This document shows positions 11,801 through 25,100 of a stretch of 64,000 nt of DNA, piece by piece. Every line of letters begins with the position of its first letter. Position 1 is the stretch's first letter. Made by a program: the position numbers and the translations under genes. A model generated the notes under the pieces. It saw only the letters and a list, made by a program, of their open reading frames with translations. It searched no databases and was not told the origin of the DNA. Source of the stretch: Malacoraja senta (Eukaryota); NCBI GenBank assembly GCA_038087875.1, contig JAXLNO010000051.1, positions 620,001-684,000 of the forward strand, in the 5' to 3' direction.

Positions 11801-14395
11801 CGAAAAGTGATGAAAATGAAGCACGCGAAAAGCGACGAAAATTCAGCACACGAAAAGCAACGTAAATTCAGGATGCGAAAAGCGCCAAAACTTCAGCATG
11901 CAAAAAGTGACGAAACTTCGGTACGCAAAAAGTGATGAAAATGAAGCATGTGAAAGGCGATCAAAATGAAGCACGGGAAAAGCGATGAAAATTCAGCTTG
12001 AAAAAGCAACAAAAATTCAGCACGCAAAAATTGACGAATATTCAGCATGCGAAAAGTGACGAAAATACAGCACGTGAAAAGCGACGAAAACTCAACCTGC
12101 GAAAAGCGACAAAAATTCAACACACAAAAAGCGACGAAAATTCAGCACGCGAAAAACGAGGAAAATTCAGCACGCGTAAAGTGACTAAATTTCAGGACGT
12201 GAAAAGCGACGAAATTTCAGCATAGTAAAAGCGACAAAAATTCACCATGCGAAAGCGACGAAATTTCAGCACGCGAAAAGCGACGATCCTTCAGGACGTG
12301 AAAAGCGATGAAAATTCAGCACGCCAAAAGTGACGACATTTCAGGACGTGAAAAGGGCCAAAATTTCAACACACAAAAAGTGACGAAAATTAAGCCTGCG
12401 AAAAGTGACGAAATTACAGGACGCATAAAGCGAACAAATTTCAGGACGTGAAAAGTGCCAAAATATCAGCACACGAAAAGCGCCAAAATTTCAACACACA
12501 GAAAGTGACGAAAATTAAGCCTGCGAAAAGTGACGAAATTACAGGACGCATAAAGCGAAGAAATTTAAGAACATGAAAAGCGACGAATTTTCAGCAGAAG
12601 AAAAGCGACGGAATTCCAGCACACAAAAAACGACGAAAATTCAGCATGTGAAAACCGACGAATCATAAGTACGAATAATGCATTGAAACATCAGGACACG
12701 TAAAGCAATGAAATTTCTGAACGTGAAAAGCGGCGAAATTTCTGCACACGTAAAGCAACAAATCTTCAGGAGGCGAAAAGCAACGGAAATTCCGCATGCG
12801 AAAAGTGACTAAATTTCAGAACGTTAAAAGCGATGAAAATTTATCATGCGAAAAACGAGGAAAATTCAGCATGCGAGAAGCCACGAAAATTCAGCATGCG
12901 AAAAGCGACGAACCAAGTCATGAAAAGCGATGAAAATGAAGTACGCAAAAAGCGAGGAAAATTCAGCATGCAAAAAGTGACAAAAATTCTGCATTCGAAA
13001 AGCGACGTAATATCACGATGAATAAAGCAACGAAAATTCAGCATGCGAAAAGTGACGATCCTTCAGGACGTGAAAAGCGACGATCCTTCAGGACCTGAAA
13101 AGGGACGAAAATTCAGCACGCCAAAAGTGACTAAATTTCAGGACGTGAAAAGCGACGAAATATCAGCACAGGAAAAGCGACGAAATTTCAGCACACAAAA
13201 CGCGACGAAAATACAGCATGCGTAAACCGACGAAATTTCAGGACGTGAAAGGCGACGAAATTTCAGCGCAAAAAGCGACGAAAATTCAGCATGCGAAAAG
13301 CGACGAACCTTCAAGCGATGAAAATGAAGCACGCAAAATGCGATGGAAATTCTGCATGCAAAAAGAGACAAAAATTCTGCACGAGAAAACCGACGGAATA
13401 TCAGGACGAATAAACCGACGAAATTTCAGGACGTGAAAGGCGACGAAATTTCAGGACATGGAAGGCTACGAAATTTCAGCAGGCGAAAAGCAACGAAAAT
13501 TCAGCCTGTGAAAAGTGATGAAAATTCAGCACGTGAAAAGTTACGAACCTTCAGGACGCAAAAACGACAATAATTCAGCACGTGAAAAGTAGGACGAAAA
13601 AAGTAGGACGCGAAAATCGACGAAACATCAGGACGCAAAAATTGATGAAACATCAGGACGAATAAAGTGATGAAATATCAAAACTTGAAAAGCGGCGAAA
13701 ATTCAGCAGGCGAAAAGAGAGGAACCTTCAGGATGTTAAAACCAACGAAAATTCAGCATGTGTAAAGTGACAAACCTTCAGGATGAGAAAAGCGCCGAAA
13801 TTTCAGCACATAAAAAGCGACGAAAATTAAGCATGCGAAAAGTGATGAAAGTACAGGATGCATTAAACAACGAAATTTCAGAACATGAAAAGCATGCGAA
13901 AAGCGACGAACCTTCAAGACAAGGAAAGCGATGAAAATGAAGTACGCAAAAAGCGACAAAAATTCACTGTGCAAAAAGCGACAAAAATTCAGCACGCGAA
14001 AAGCGACGTAATATCAGGACGAATAAGGCGACAAAAATTCAGCACGCGAAAAGCGACGATCCTTCAGGACGTGAAAAGCGACGAAAATTCAGCACGCCTA
14101 AAGCGACGAAATTTCAGAACATGTAAAGCGACGAAATTTCAACACACGAAAAGTGCCGAAATTTCAGCGCACAAAAAGCGACGAAAATTCAGCACGCGAA
14201 AAGCGACGATCCTTCAGGACGTGAAAAGCGACGAAAATTCAGCATGCCAAAAGCGACGAAATTTCAGAACATATAAAGCGACGAAATTTCAACACACGAA
14301 AAATGCCGAAATTTCTGCATTTGAAAAGCAACAAACCTTCAAGATGCGAAAAGCGATGAAAATTAAGCATGTAAAAATCAACAAAAGTTCAGCAC
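5834..14395 (+). repeat. 25-bp satellite array, segment 2 (interrupted by CR1 fragment 6332-6781); contains a diverged about 1.02-1.05 kb higher-order unit
   Basis: Diagnostic variant aaatctacaaaaata recurs near 7611, 8635, 10405 and 11455. ORFs 9911 and 10960 share the same first about 50 aa, 1049 bp apart. Confidence 0.95.
6332..6781 (-). mobile_element. 5'-truncated CR1 LINE (ORF2 C-terminus, 3' hairpin, TCTATGT-type tail)
   Basis: ORF 6425-6694 reads ...[34 protein letters not shown].... Stem GGTGCAGG...CCTGCACC. Tail read on + as acatagatacatagaaa. Confidence 0.93.
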
Positions 14396-14627
14396 ATGTC
14401 AGATGTGGGAAGTCATGGAGTAGAAAAACAGCACGGGGCTTGCTTCTACAGAGGCCCGGGGAGCCGTTGGAGCGAGGAGGAGTTACCTGGAGCTGTGAGT
14501 ACACCCAAATCTGCAACGTTCCATCTGCAACTGCAACGTTCCAGAGAAGGAGTGTGGGGGAAGCTTCTGATTGGTCGAAAGGACTAGAGGAAGCAGCTGA
14601 TTGGCTTGTATCCCAGGTAAGGGGATT

Positions 14628-15563
14628 ATGAGGGCCAGGGCAGTTTACTGTTCTGTATGTCAGATGTGGGAAGTCATGGAGTCTGAGTGCCCACCAGACG
14701 TCCACATCTGCGCCAGGTGCGTCGAGATGGGGCTCCTAAGGGACCGTGTTAGGAACCTGGAGCAGCAACTCGAAGACCTCTGTCTGCTCAGGGAGAGCGA
14801 GGAGGTCATAGAAAGGAGGTACAGGGAGGTGGTCACTCCAAGACCACGGGAGACAGAAAACTGGGTCACAGTTAGGAAGGGCAATGGGCAGAGGCAGGGA
14901 CTGGTGAGTACCCCAGTGGCTGTACACCTTGAAAATAAGTACTCATGTTTGAGTAATGGTGGGGGAGATGGCCTACCTGGGGGCAGCGACAGCGGCCGGG
15001 CCTCTGGCACAAAGACCGGTCATGTTGCTCAGAAGGGTAAGGAAAAGAAGAGGAGGGCAATTGTAATAGGGGACTCTATAGTCAGGGGGTCGGGTAGGCG
15101 TTTCTGTGGACGCAGACAGGAGACCCGGATGGCAGTTTGCCTCCCTGGTGCCAGGGTCAGGGATGTTTCTGAACGTGTCGAAGAAATCCTGAAATGGGAG
15201 GGAGAGGAGCCTGAGGTTGTGGTACATATAGGTACCAACGACATAGGTAAAAAAAGAGAAGAGGTTCTGAAAGAAGAATTTAGGGAGTTAGGTAGAGTGT
15301 TAAGGAGAAGGACTGCAAATCTAACAATCTCAGGATTACTGCCTGTGCCACGCGACAGTGAGAGTAGGAATGGAGCGAGGTGGAGGATAAATGAGTGGAA
15401 GAGGGACTGGTGCAGTGGGTATGGATTCAGGTTTCTGGATCATTGGGACCTCTTTTGGGGAAGGTGCGACCTGTACAGAAAGGATGGGTTGCACTTGAAC
15501 TCGAGGGGGACCAATATCCTGGCGGGTAGATTTGCAAAGGCTACTGGGGAGACTTTAAGCTAG
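14628..15563 (+). CDS. CR1 ORF1p: zinc finger/leucine zipper plus SGNH esterase domain
   Basis: ATG at 14628. CSVC..HICARC followed by a coiled coil (LRDRVRNLEQQL). SGNH blocks IGDSI, PGA, HIGTND and DGLHL. Confidence 0.92.
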   Translation: MRARAVYCSVCQMWEVMESECPPDVHICARCVEMGLLRDRVRNLEQQLEDLCLLRESEEVIERRYREVVTPRPRETENWVTVRKGNGQRQGLVSTPVAVHLENKYSCLSNGGGDGLPGGSDSGRASGTKTGHVAQKGKEKKRRAIVIGDSIVRGSGRRFCGRRQETRMAVCLPGARVRDVSERVEEILKWEGEEPEVVVHIGTNDIGKKREEVLKEEFRELGRVLRRRTANLTISGLLPVPRDSESRNGARWRINEWKRDWCSGYGFRFLDHWDLFWGRCDLYRKDGLHLNSRGTNILAGRFAKATGETLS

Positions 15564-15568
15564 TATGG

Positions 15569-18504
15569 TTGGGGGGAGGGACTCAAATTGGGAAAGCTAG
15601 CAGTCAGTGTGTGAGGCAGGAGGCAGAGAATGGAAGCACTGTGACCCAAAATGTAGGGGAGAGAGAAGAAAAAGACAATAAACAGAAAATAAGAGAGGGT
15701 GGGTTTCTTAAATGTGTATATTTTAATGCTAGGAGCATTGTAAGAAAGGTGGATGAACTTAAAGCCTGGATTGACACCGGGAAGTATAATGTTGTGGCGA
15801 TCAGTGAAACATGGATGCAGGAGGGCTGTGATTGGAAACTAAATATTCCAGGATTTCGTTGCTTCAGGTGTGATAGAAGGGGCAAGAGGTGGAGGTGTTG
15901 CATTGCTTATCAGGGAAGATATTACAGCAGTGCTTTGGCAGGATAGATTAGAGGGCACTTCTAGGGAGGCTATTTGGATAGAACTGAGAAATGGGAAAGG
16001 GGTAGCAACACTCATAGAGGTGTATTATAGACAACCAAATGGGGAGCGAGAATTGGAGGAGCAAATATGTAAGGAGTTTGCAGATATTAGTAGTAAGCAC
16101 AAGGTAGTGATTGCGGGAGAATTCAATTTTCCACACATAGACTGGGAAACACATTCTGTAAATGGGCTGGATGGGTTGGAGTTTGTAAAATGTGTGCAGG
16201 ATCGTTTTTGCAGCAATACATAGAAGTACCTACTGGAGAAGGGGCGGTGCTGGACCTCCTGTTAGGAAATGAGACGGGTCAGGTGGCAGAGGTATGCGTT
16301 GGGGAACAGTTCTGCACCAGTGATCCAAATACCATTAGTTTCAATATAATTATGGAGAGGGTCAGACCTGGACCTAGTGTTGAGATTTTTGATTGGAGAA
16401 AGGCTAACTTTGAGGAGATGCGAAAGGATTTAAAAGGAGTAAATTGGGACAGTTTGTTTTACGGGAAAGATGTGGAAGAGAAATGGAAGACATTTAAAGG
16501 TGACATTTTAAGAGTACAGAATCTTTATGTCCCTGTTCGGTTGAAAGGAAATAGTAAAAATTGGAAAGAGCCATGGTTTTCAAGGCAAATTGGACACTTA
16601 GTTCGGAAAAAGAGAGAGATCTACAATAATTATAGGCAGCATGGAGTAAATGAGGTGCTTGAGGAGTATAAAAAATGTTAAAAGTGTCTTAAGAAAGAAA
16701 TTAGAAAAGCTAAAAGAAGATATGAGGTTGCTTTGGCAAGTAAGGTGAAAATCAATCCAAAGAGTTTCTACAGCTATATTAATAGCAAAAGGATAACGAG
16801 GGATAAAATTGGTCCATGAGAGATTCAGAGTGGACAGCTATCTGCAGAGCCAAAAGAGATGGGGGAGATATTGAACAATTTCTTTTCTTCGGTATTCACC
16901 AAGGAGAAGGATATTGAATTATGTGAGGTAAGGGAAACAAGTAGAGTAGCTATGGAAACTATGAGATTCAAAGAAGAGGAAGTACTGACACTTTTGAGAA
17001 ATATAAAAGTGGATAAGTCTCCAGGTGCGGACAGGATATTCCCTAGGACATTGAGCGAAGTTAGTGTAGAAATAGCAGGGGCTATGACAGAAATATTTCA
17101 AATGTCATTGGAAACGGCAATAGTGCCGGAGGATTGGCGTACTGCGCATGTTGTTCCATTGTTTAAAAAGGGGTCTAAGAGTAAACCTAGCAATTATAGA
17201 CCTGTTAGTTTGACGTCAGTGGTGGGCAAATTAATGGAAAGGATACTTAGAGATAATATATATAAGCATCTGGATAAAAAGGGGCTGATTAGGAACAGTC
17301 AACACGGATTTGTGCCTGGAAGGTCATTTTTGACTAATCTTCTTGAATTTTTTGAAGAGGTTAATCGGGAAATTGATGAGGGTAAAGCCGTGGATGTTGT
17401 ATATATGGACTTCAGTAAGGCCTTTGACAAGGTTCCTCACGGAAGGTTGGTTAAGAAGGTTCAATGGTTGGGTATTAATGGTGGAGTAGCAAGATGGATT
17501 CAACAGTGGCTGAATGGGAGATGCCAGAGTGTAATGGTGGATGGTTGTTTGTCAGGTTGGAGGCCAGTGACTAGTGGGGTACCACAGGGATCTGTGTTGG
17601 GTCCACTGTTGTTTGTCATGTACATGAATGATATGGATGATGGTGTGGTAAATTGGATTAGTAAGTATGCAGATGATACTAAGATAGGTGGGGCTGTGGA
17701 TAATGAAGTAGATTTTCAAAGTCCACAGAGAGATTTATACCGGTTGGAAGAGTGGGCTGAAAGATGGCAGATGGAGTTTAATGCTGATAAGTGTGAGGTG
17801 CTACATCTTGGCAGGACAAATCAAAATAGGACGTACATGGTAAATGGTAGGGAATTGAAGAATGCAGGTGAACAGAGGGATCTTGGAATAACTGTGCACA
17901 GTTCCCTGAAAGTGGAATCTCATGTAGATAGGGTGGTAAAAAAGCTTTTGGTGTGCTGGCTTTTATAAATCAGAGCATTGAGTATAGAAGTTGGGATGTA
18001 ATGTTAAAATTGTACAAGGCATTGTTGAGGCCAATTCTGGAGTATGGTGTACAATTTTGGTCGCCTAATTATAGGAAGGATGTCAACAAAATAGAGCGAT
18101 TACAGATGAGATTTACTAGAATGTTGCCTGGGTTTCAGCAACTAAGTTACAGAGAAAGGTTGAACAAGTTAGGGCTTTATTCTTTGGAGCGCAGAACGTT
18201 AAGGGGGACTTGATAGAGGTCTTTAAAATGATGAGAAGGATAGACAGTTGACGTGGATAAGCTTTTCCCACTGAGAGAAGGGAAGATTCAAACAAGGGGA
18301 CATGACTTGAGAATTAAGGGAAAGAAGTTTAGGGGTAACATGAGGGGGAACTTCTTTACTCAGAGAGTGGTGGCTGTGTGGAATGAGCTTCCAGTGAAGG
18401 TGGTGGAGGCAGGTTCGTTTTTATCATTTAAAAATAAATTGGATAGTTATATGGACGGGAAAGGAATGGAGGGTTATGGTCTGAGCGCAGGTATATGGGA
18501 CTAG
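15569..18504 (+). pseudogene. CR1 ORF2 (APE endonuclease plus reverse transcriptase), disrupted
   Basis: Motifs YFNARS, SETW, GGGVA, YRPVSLTS, DFSKAFDKV, GVPQGSVLGP and YADD (17666-17677) are split over six ORF pieces by frameshifts and stops (e.g. TAA 16679-16681). Confidence 0.93.
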
Positions 18505-19173
18505 GGGAGAATACGTGTTCGGCACGGACTAGAAGGGTCGAGATGGCCTGTTTCCGTGCTGTAATTGTTATATGGTTATATGGTTATATATCAGGACGAA
18601 TAAAGCGACGAAATTTCAGGATGTGAAAACCGACGAAATTTTAAACACGTGAAAAGCGACGAAAATTCAGCATGCGAAAAGCGACAAACCAAGACGTGAA
18701 AAGCGAGGAAAATTAAGCACACAAACAGCGACAAAAATTCAGCATGCAAAAATCGACAGAAATTCAGCACGTGAAAAGCGACGTAATATCAGGACGAATA
18801 AATCAACGAAATTTCAGGATGTGAAATCCGACGAAATTTCAGGACGTGAAAGGCGATGAAATATCAGCGCACGAAAAGTGACGAAAATTCAGCACGCAAA
18901 ATAGTGACGAAATTTCAGAACATGAAACGCGACAAAAATTCAGCACGCCAAAAGTAACGAAATTTCAAGACGTGAAAATCGATGAAATATCAGCACACGA
19001 AAAGCGCCGAAATCTCGGCACACAAAAAGTGACGAAAATTCAACATGCGAAAAGTGACGAAATTACAGGACACATAAAGCGACGAAATTTCAGAACATGA
19101 AAAGCAGCGAAATTTCAGCAGATGAAAAGCGCCGAAATTTCAGCACAAAAAAAGCGACGAAAATTCAGCAAGC

Positions 19174-22100
19174 GAAAATTGACGAAACATCAGGACGCAA
19201 AAATGGATGAAACTTCAGGAAGAATAAAGTGATGAAATATCAAAACTTGAAAAGCGACAAAAACTCAGCATGCAAAAAGCGGCGAAAATTCAGCAAGCAA
19301 AAAGCGACGTAATATCAGGACGAATAAAGTGACGAAATTTCAGGACGTTAAAGGCGACAAAATTTCAGGACATGAATGGTGACGAAATTTCAGCATGCTA
19401 ACGATGAAATATCAGCACACGAAAAGTGACGAAAATTCAGCACGCAAAAAAGTGACGAAATTTCAGAACATGAATTGCGACAAAAATACAGCACGCCAAA
19501 AGTGACGAAATTTAAAGTCGTGAAAAGTGACGAAATATCAGCAGACGAAAAGTGCCGAAATTTCGGCACACAAAAAGTGACGGAAATTCAGCAGAGGAAA
19601 ATTCAGCATGCGAAAAGTGACGAAATTACAGGATGCATAAACCGACGAAATTTCAGAACATGAAAAGCGCCGAAATTTCAGCAGAAATTTCACGCGAAAA
19701 GCAACGTAATATCAGGACGAATAAAGCGACAAATTTCAGGACGTGACAGGCGACGACATTTCAGGACATGAAAGGAGACGAAATTTCAGGACGTGAAAAG
19801 TGACGAAAATTAAGCACGCAAAATGCGATGAAAATTAATCACGCGAAGTGACGAAATTTCAGGACGTGAAAAGCGACGAAATTTCAGCATACTAAAAGCG
19901 ACGAAAATTCACCATGTGAAAAGCGACGAAAATTTAGCACACGAAAAGCGACAAAACTTCAGAACATGAAACGCGACGAAAATTAAGCACGCGAAAAGTG
20001 ACGAAAATTCAGCACGCGAAAAGTGACGAAATTTCAGCACACAAAAAGCGACTTAAATTCAGCATGCGAAACGCGATGAAATTACAGGACACATAAAGCG
20101 ACGAAATTTCAGAACATGATAAGCGATGAAATTTCAGCACACGGAAAGCGACGAAAATTCAGCATTCGAAACGCGACGAAATTACAGGACACATAAAGCG
20201 ACGAAATTTCAGAACATGAAAAGTCACGAAACTTCAGCATGTGAAAAGCGACGAGCCTTCAAGACGCGAAAAGCGATGAAAATGAAGCATGCAAAAAGCG
20301 ACAAAAATTCAGCACGCGAAAAGCGACGTAATATCAGGACGAATAAGTCGACGAAAATTCAGCACACGAAAAGTGACGATCCTTCAGGACGTGAAAAGCG
20401 ACGATCCCTCAGGACGTGAAAAGCGACGAAAATACAGGACGCATAAATCGACGAAATTTCAGAACGTGAAAAGCGACGAAATTTCAGCACACGAAAAGCG
20501 ACGAAAATTCAGCATGCGAAATGTGACGAACCAGGTCGCAAAAGGCGACGAAAATTAAAAATGTCAAAAGTGACATAAATTCAAGATGCGAAATGCGACA
20601 AAAGTTCAGGATGCATGAAGCGACAAAATTTCAGGAGACGAAAAGCGACAAAATCTCAGTACACGAAAAGTGACGAACCTTCAGGACGTGAAAAGCGACG
20701 AAAATTGACGAAACATCAGGACGCAAAAATGGATGAAACTTCAGGAAGAATAAAGTGATGAAATATCAAAACTTGAAAAGCGACAAAAACTCAGCATGCA
20801 AAAAGCGGCGAAAATTCAGCAAGCAAAAAGCGACGTAATATCAGGACGAATAAAGTGACGACATTTCAGGACGTTAAAGGCGACAAAATTTCAGGACATG
20901 AATGGTGACGAAATTTCAGCATGCTAATGATGAAATATCAGCGCACGAAAAGTGACGAAAATTCAGCACGCAAAAAAGTGACGAAATTTCAGAACATGAA
21001 TTGCGACAAAAATACAGCACGCCAAAAGTGACGACATTTAAAGTCGTGAAAAGTGACGAAATATCAGCAGACGAAAAGTGCCGATATTTCGGCACACAAA
21101 AAGTGACGGAAATTCAGCAGAGGAAAATTCAGCATGCGAAAAGTGACGAAATTACAGGATGCATAAACCAACGAAATTTCAGAACATGAAAAGCGCCGAA
21201 ATTTCAGCAGAAATTTCTCGCGAAAAGCAACGTAATATCAGGACGAATAAAGCGACAAATTTCAGGACGTGACAGGCGACGAAATTTCAGGACATGAAAG
21301 GAGACGAAATTTCAGGACGTGAAAAGTGACGAAAATTAAGCACGCAAAATGCGACGAAAATTAATCACGCGAAGTGACGAAATTTCAGGACGTGAAAAGC
21401 GACGAAATTTCAGCATACTAAAAGCGACGAAAATTCACCATGTGAAAAGCGACGAAAATTCAGCACACGAAAAGTGACAAAACTTCAGAACATGAAACGC
21501 GACGAAAATTAAGCACGCGAAAAGCGACGAAAATTCAGCACGCGAAAAGTGACGAAATTTCAGCACACAAAAAGCGACTTAAATTCATCATGCGAAACGC
21601 GATGAAATTACAGGACACATAAAGCGACGAAATTTCAGAACATGATAAGCGACGAAATTTCAGCACACGGAAAGCGACGAAAATTCAGCATTCGAAACGC
21701 GACGAAATTACAGGACACATAAAGCGACGAAATTTCAGAACATGAAAAGTCACGAAACTTCAGCATGTGAAAAGCGACGAGCCTTCAAGACGCGAAAAGC
21801 GATGAAAATGAAGCATGCAAAAAGCGACAAAAATTCAGCACGCGAAAAGCAACATAATATCAGGACGAATAAAGCGACAAATTTCAGGACGTGAAAGGCG
21901 ACGAAATTTCAGGACATGAAAGGAGACGAAATTTCAGGACGTGAAAAGCGACGAAAATTAAGCACGCAAAAAGCGACAAAAATTAATCACGCGAAGTGAC
22001 GAAATTTCAGGACGTGAAAAGCGACGAAATTTCAGCATAATAAAAGCGACGAAAATTCAGCATGCAAAAAGCTACAAAAATTCAGCACGCGAAAAGCGAC

Positions 22101-25100
22101 GTAATATCAGGACGAATAAGTCGACGAAAATTCAGCACACGAAAAGTGACGATCCTTCAGGACGTGAAAAGCAACGATCCCTCAGGACGTGAAAAGCGAC
22201 GAAAATACAGGACGCATAAATCGACGAAATTTCAGAATGTGAAAAGCGACGAAATTTCAGCACACGAAAAGCGACGAAAATTCAGCATGCGAAATGTGAC
22301 GAACCAGGTCGCAAAAGGCGACGAAAATTAAAAATGTCAAAAGTGACATAAATTCAAGATGCGAAATGCGACAAAAGTTCAGGATGCATGAAGCGACAAA
22401 ATTTCAGGAGACGAAAAGCGACAAAATCTCAGTACACGAAAAGTGACGAACCTTCAGGACGTGAAAAGCGACGAAAATTGACGAAACATCAGGACGCAAA
22501 AATGGATGAAACTTCAGGAAGAATAAAGTGATGAAATATCAAAACTTGAAAAGCGACAAAAACTCAGCATGCAAAAAGCGGCGAAAATTCAGCAAGCAAA
22601 AAGCGACGTAATATCAGGACGAATAAAGTGACGACATTTCAGGACGTTAAAGGCGACAAAATTTCAGGACATGAATGGTGACGAAATTTCAGCATGCTAA
22701 CGATGAAATATCAGCGCACGAAAAGTGACGAAAATTCAGCACGCAAAAAAGTGACGAAATTTCAGAACATGAATTGCGACAAAAATACAGCACGCCAAAA
22801 GTGACGACATTTAAAGTCGTGAAAAGTGACGAAATATCAGCAGACGAAAAGTGCCGAAATTTCGGCACACAAAAAGTGACGGAAATTCAGCAGAGGAAAA
22901 TTCAGCATGCGAAAAGTGACGAAATTACAGGATGCATAAACCGACGAAATTTCAGAACATGAAAAGCGCCGAAATTTCAGCAGAAATTTCTCGCGAAAAG
23001 CAACGTAATATCAGGACGAATAAAGCGACAAATTTCAGGACGTGACAGGCGACGAAATTTCAGGACATGAAAGGAGACGAAATTTCAGGACGTGAAAAGT
23101 GACGAAAATTAAGCACGCAAAATGCGACGAAAATTAATCACGCGAAGTGACGAAATTTCAGGACGTGAAAAGCGACGAAATTTCAGCATACTAAAAGCGA
23201 CGAAAATTCACCATGTGAAAAGCGACGAAAATTCAGCACACGAAAAGTGACAAAACTTCAGAACATGAAACGCGACGAAAATTAAGCACGCGAAAAGCGA
23301 CGAAAATTCAGCACGCGAAAAGTGACGAAATTTCAGCACACAAAAAGCGACTTAAATTCAGCATGCGAAACGCGATGAAATTACAGGACACATAAAGCGA
23401 CGAAATTTCAGAACATGATAAGCGACGAAATTTCAGCACACGGAAAGCGACGAAAATTCAGCATTCGAAACGCGACGAAATTACAGGACACATAAAGCGA
23501 CGAAATTTCAGAACATGAAAAGTGACGAAACTTCAGCATGTGAAAAGCGACGAGCCTTCAAGACGCGAAAAGCAATGAAAATGAAGCATGCAAAAAGCGA
23601 CACAAATTCAGCACGCGAAAAGCAACGTAATATCAGGACGAATAAAGCGACAAATTTCAGGACGTGAAAGGCGACGAAATTTCAGGACATGAAAGGAGAC
23701 GAAATTTCAGGACGTGAAAAGCGACGAAAATTAAGCACGCAAAAAGCGACAAAAATTAATCACGCGAAGTGACGAAATTTCAGGACGTGAAAAGCGACGA
23801 AATTTCAGCATAATAAAAGCGACGAAAATTCAGCATGCAAAAAGCTACAAAAATTCAGCACGCGAAAAGCGACGTAATATCAGGACGAATAAGTCGACGA
23901 AAATTCAGCACACGAAAAGTGACGATCCTTCAGGACGTGAAAAGCAACGATCCCTCAGGACGTGAAAAGCGACGAAAATACAGGACGCATAAATCGACGA
24001 AATTTCAGAATGTGAAAAGCGACGAAATTTCAGCACACGAAAAGCGACGAAAATTCAGCATGCGAAATGTGACGAACCAGGTCGCAAAAGGCGACGAAAA
24101 TTAAAAATGTCAAAAGTGACATAAATTCAAGATGCGAAATGCGACAAAAGTTCAGGATGCATGAAGCGACAAAATTTCAGGAGACGAAAAGCAACAAAAT
24201 CTCAGTACACGAAAAGTGACGAACCTTCAGGACGTGAAAAGCGACGAAAATTGACGAAACATCAGGACGCAAAAATGGATGAAACTTCAGGAAGAATAAA
24301 GTGATGAAATATCAAAACTTGAAAAGCGACAAAAACTCAGCATGCAAAAAGCGGCGAAAATTCAGCAAGCAAAAAGCGACGTAATATCAGGACGAATAAA
24401 GTGACGACATTTCAGGACGTTAAAGGCGACAAAATTTCAGGACATGAATGGTGACGAAATTTCAGCATGCTAACGATGAAATATCAGCGCACGAAAAGTG
24501 ACGAAAATTCAGCACGCAAAAAAGTGACGAAATTTCAGAACATGAATTGCGACAAAAATACAGCACGCCAAAAGTGACGACATTTAAAGTCGTGAAAAGT
24601 GACGAAATATCAGCAGACGAAAAGTGCCGAAATTTCGGCACACAAAAAGTGACGGAAATTCAGCAGAGGAAAATTCAGCATGCGAAAAGTGACGAAATTA
24701 CAGGATGCATAAACCGACGAAATTTCAGAACATGAAAAGCGCCGAAATTTCAGCAGAAATTTCTCGCGAAAAGCAACGTAATATCAGGACGAATAAAGCG
24801 ACAAATTTCAGGACGTGACAGGCGACGAAATTTCAGGACATGAAAGGAGACGAAATTTCAGGACGTGAAAAGTGACGAAAATTAAGCACGCAAAATGCGA
24901 CGAAAATTAATCACGCGAAGTGACAAAATTTCAGGACGTGAAAAGCGACGAAATTTCAGCATACTAAAAGCGACGAAAATTCACCATGTGAAAAGCGACG
25001 AAAATTCAGCACACGAAAAGTGACAAAACTTCAGAACATGAAACGCGACGAAAATTAAGCACGCGAAAAGCGACGAAAATTCAGCACGCGAAAAGTGACG

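Larger units (their letters stand above)
14396..18589 (+). mobile_element. Full-length but decayed CR1-clade LINE (element A), (GGTTATAT)n tail
   Basis: 5' UTR, ORF1, fragmented APE-RT ORF2, 3' stem CACGGA...TCCGTG and an 8-bp tandem tail ending at about 18589. Confidence 0.96.
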
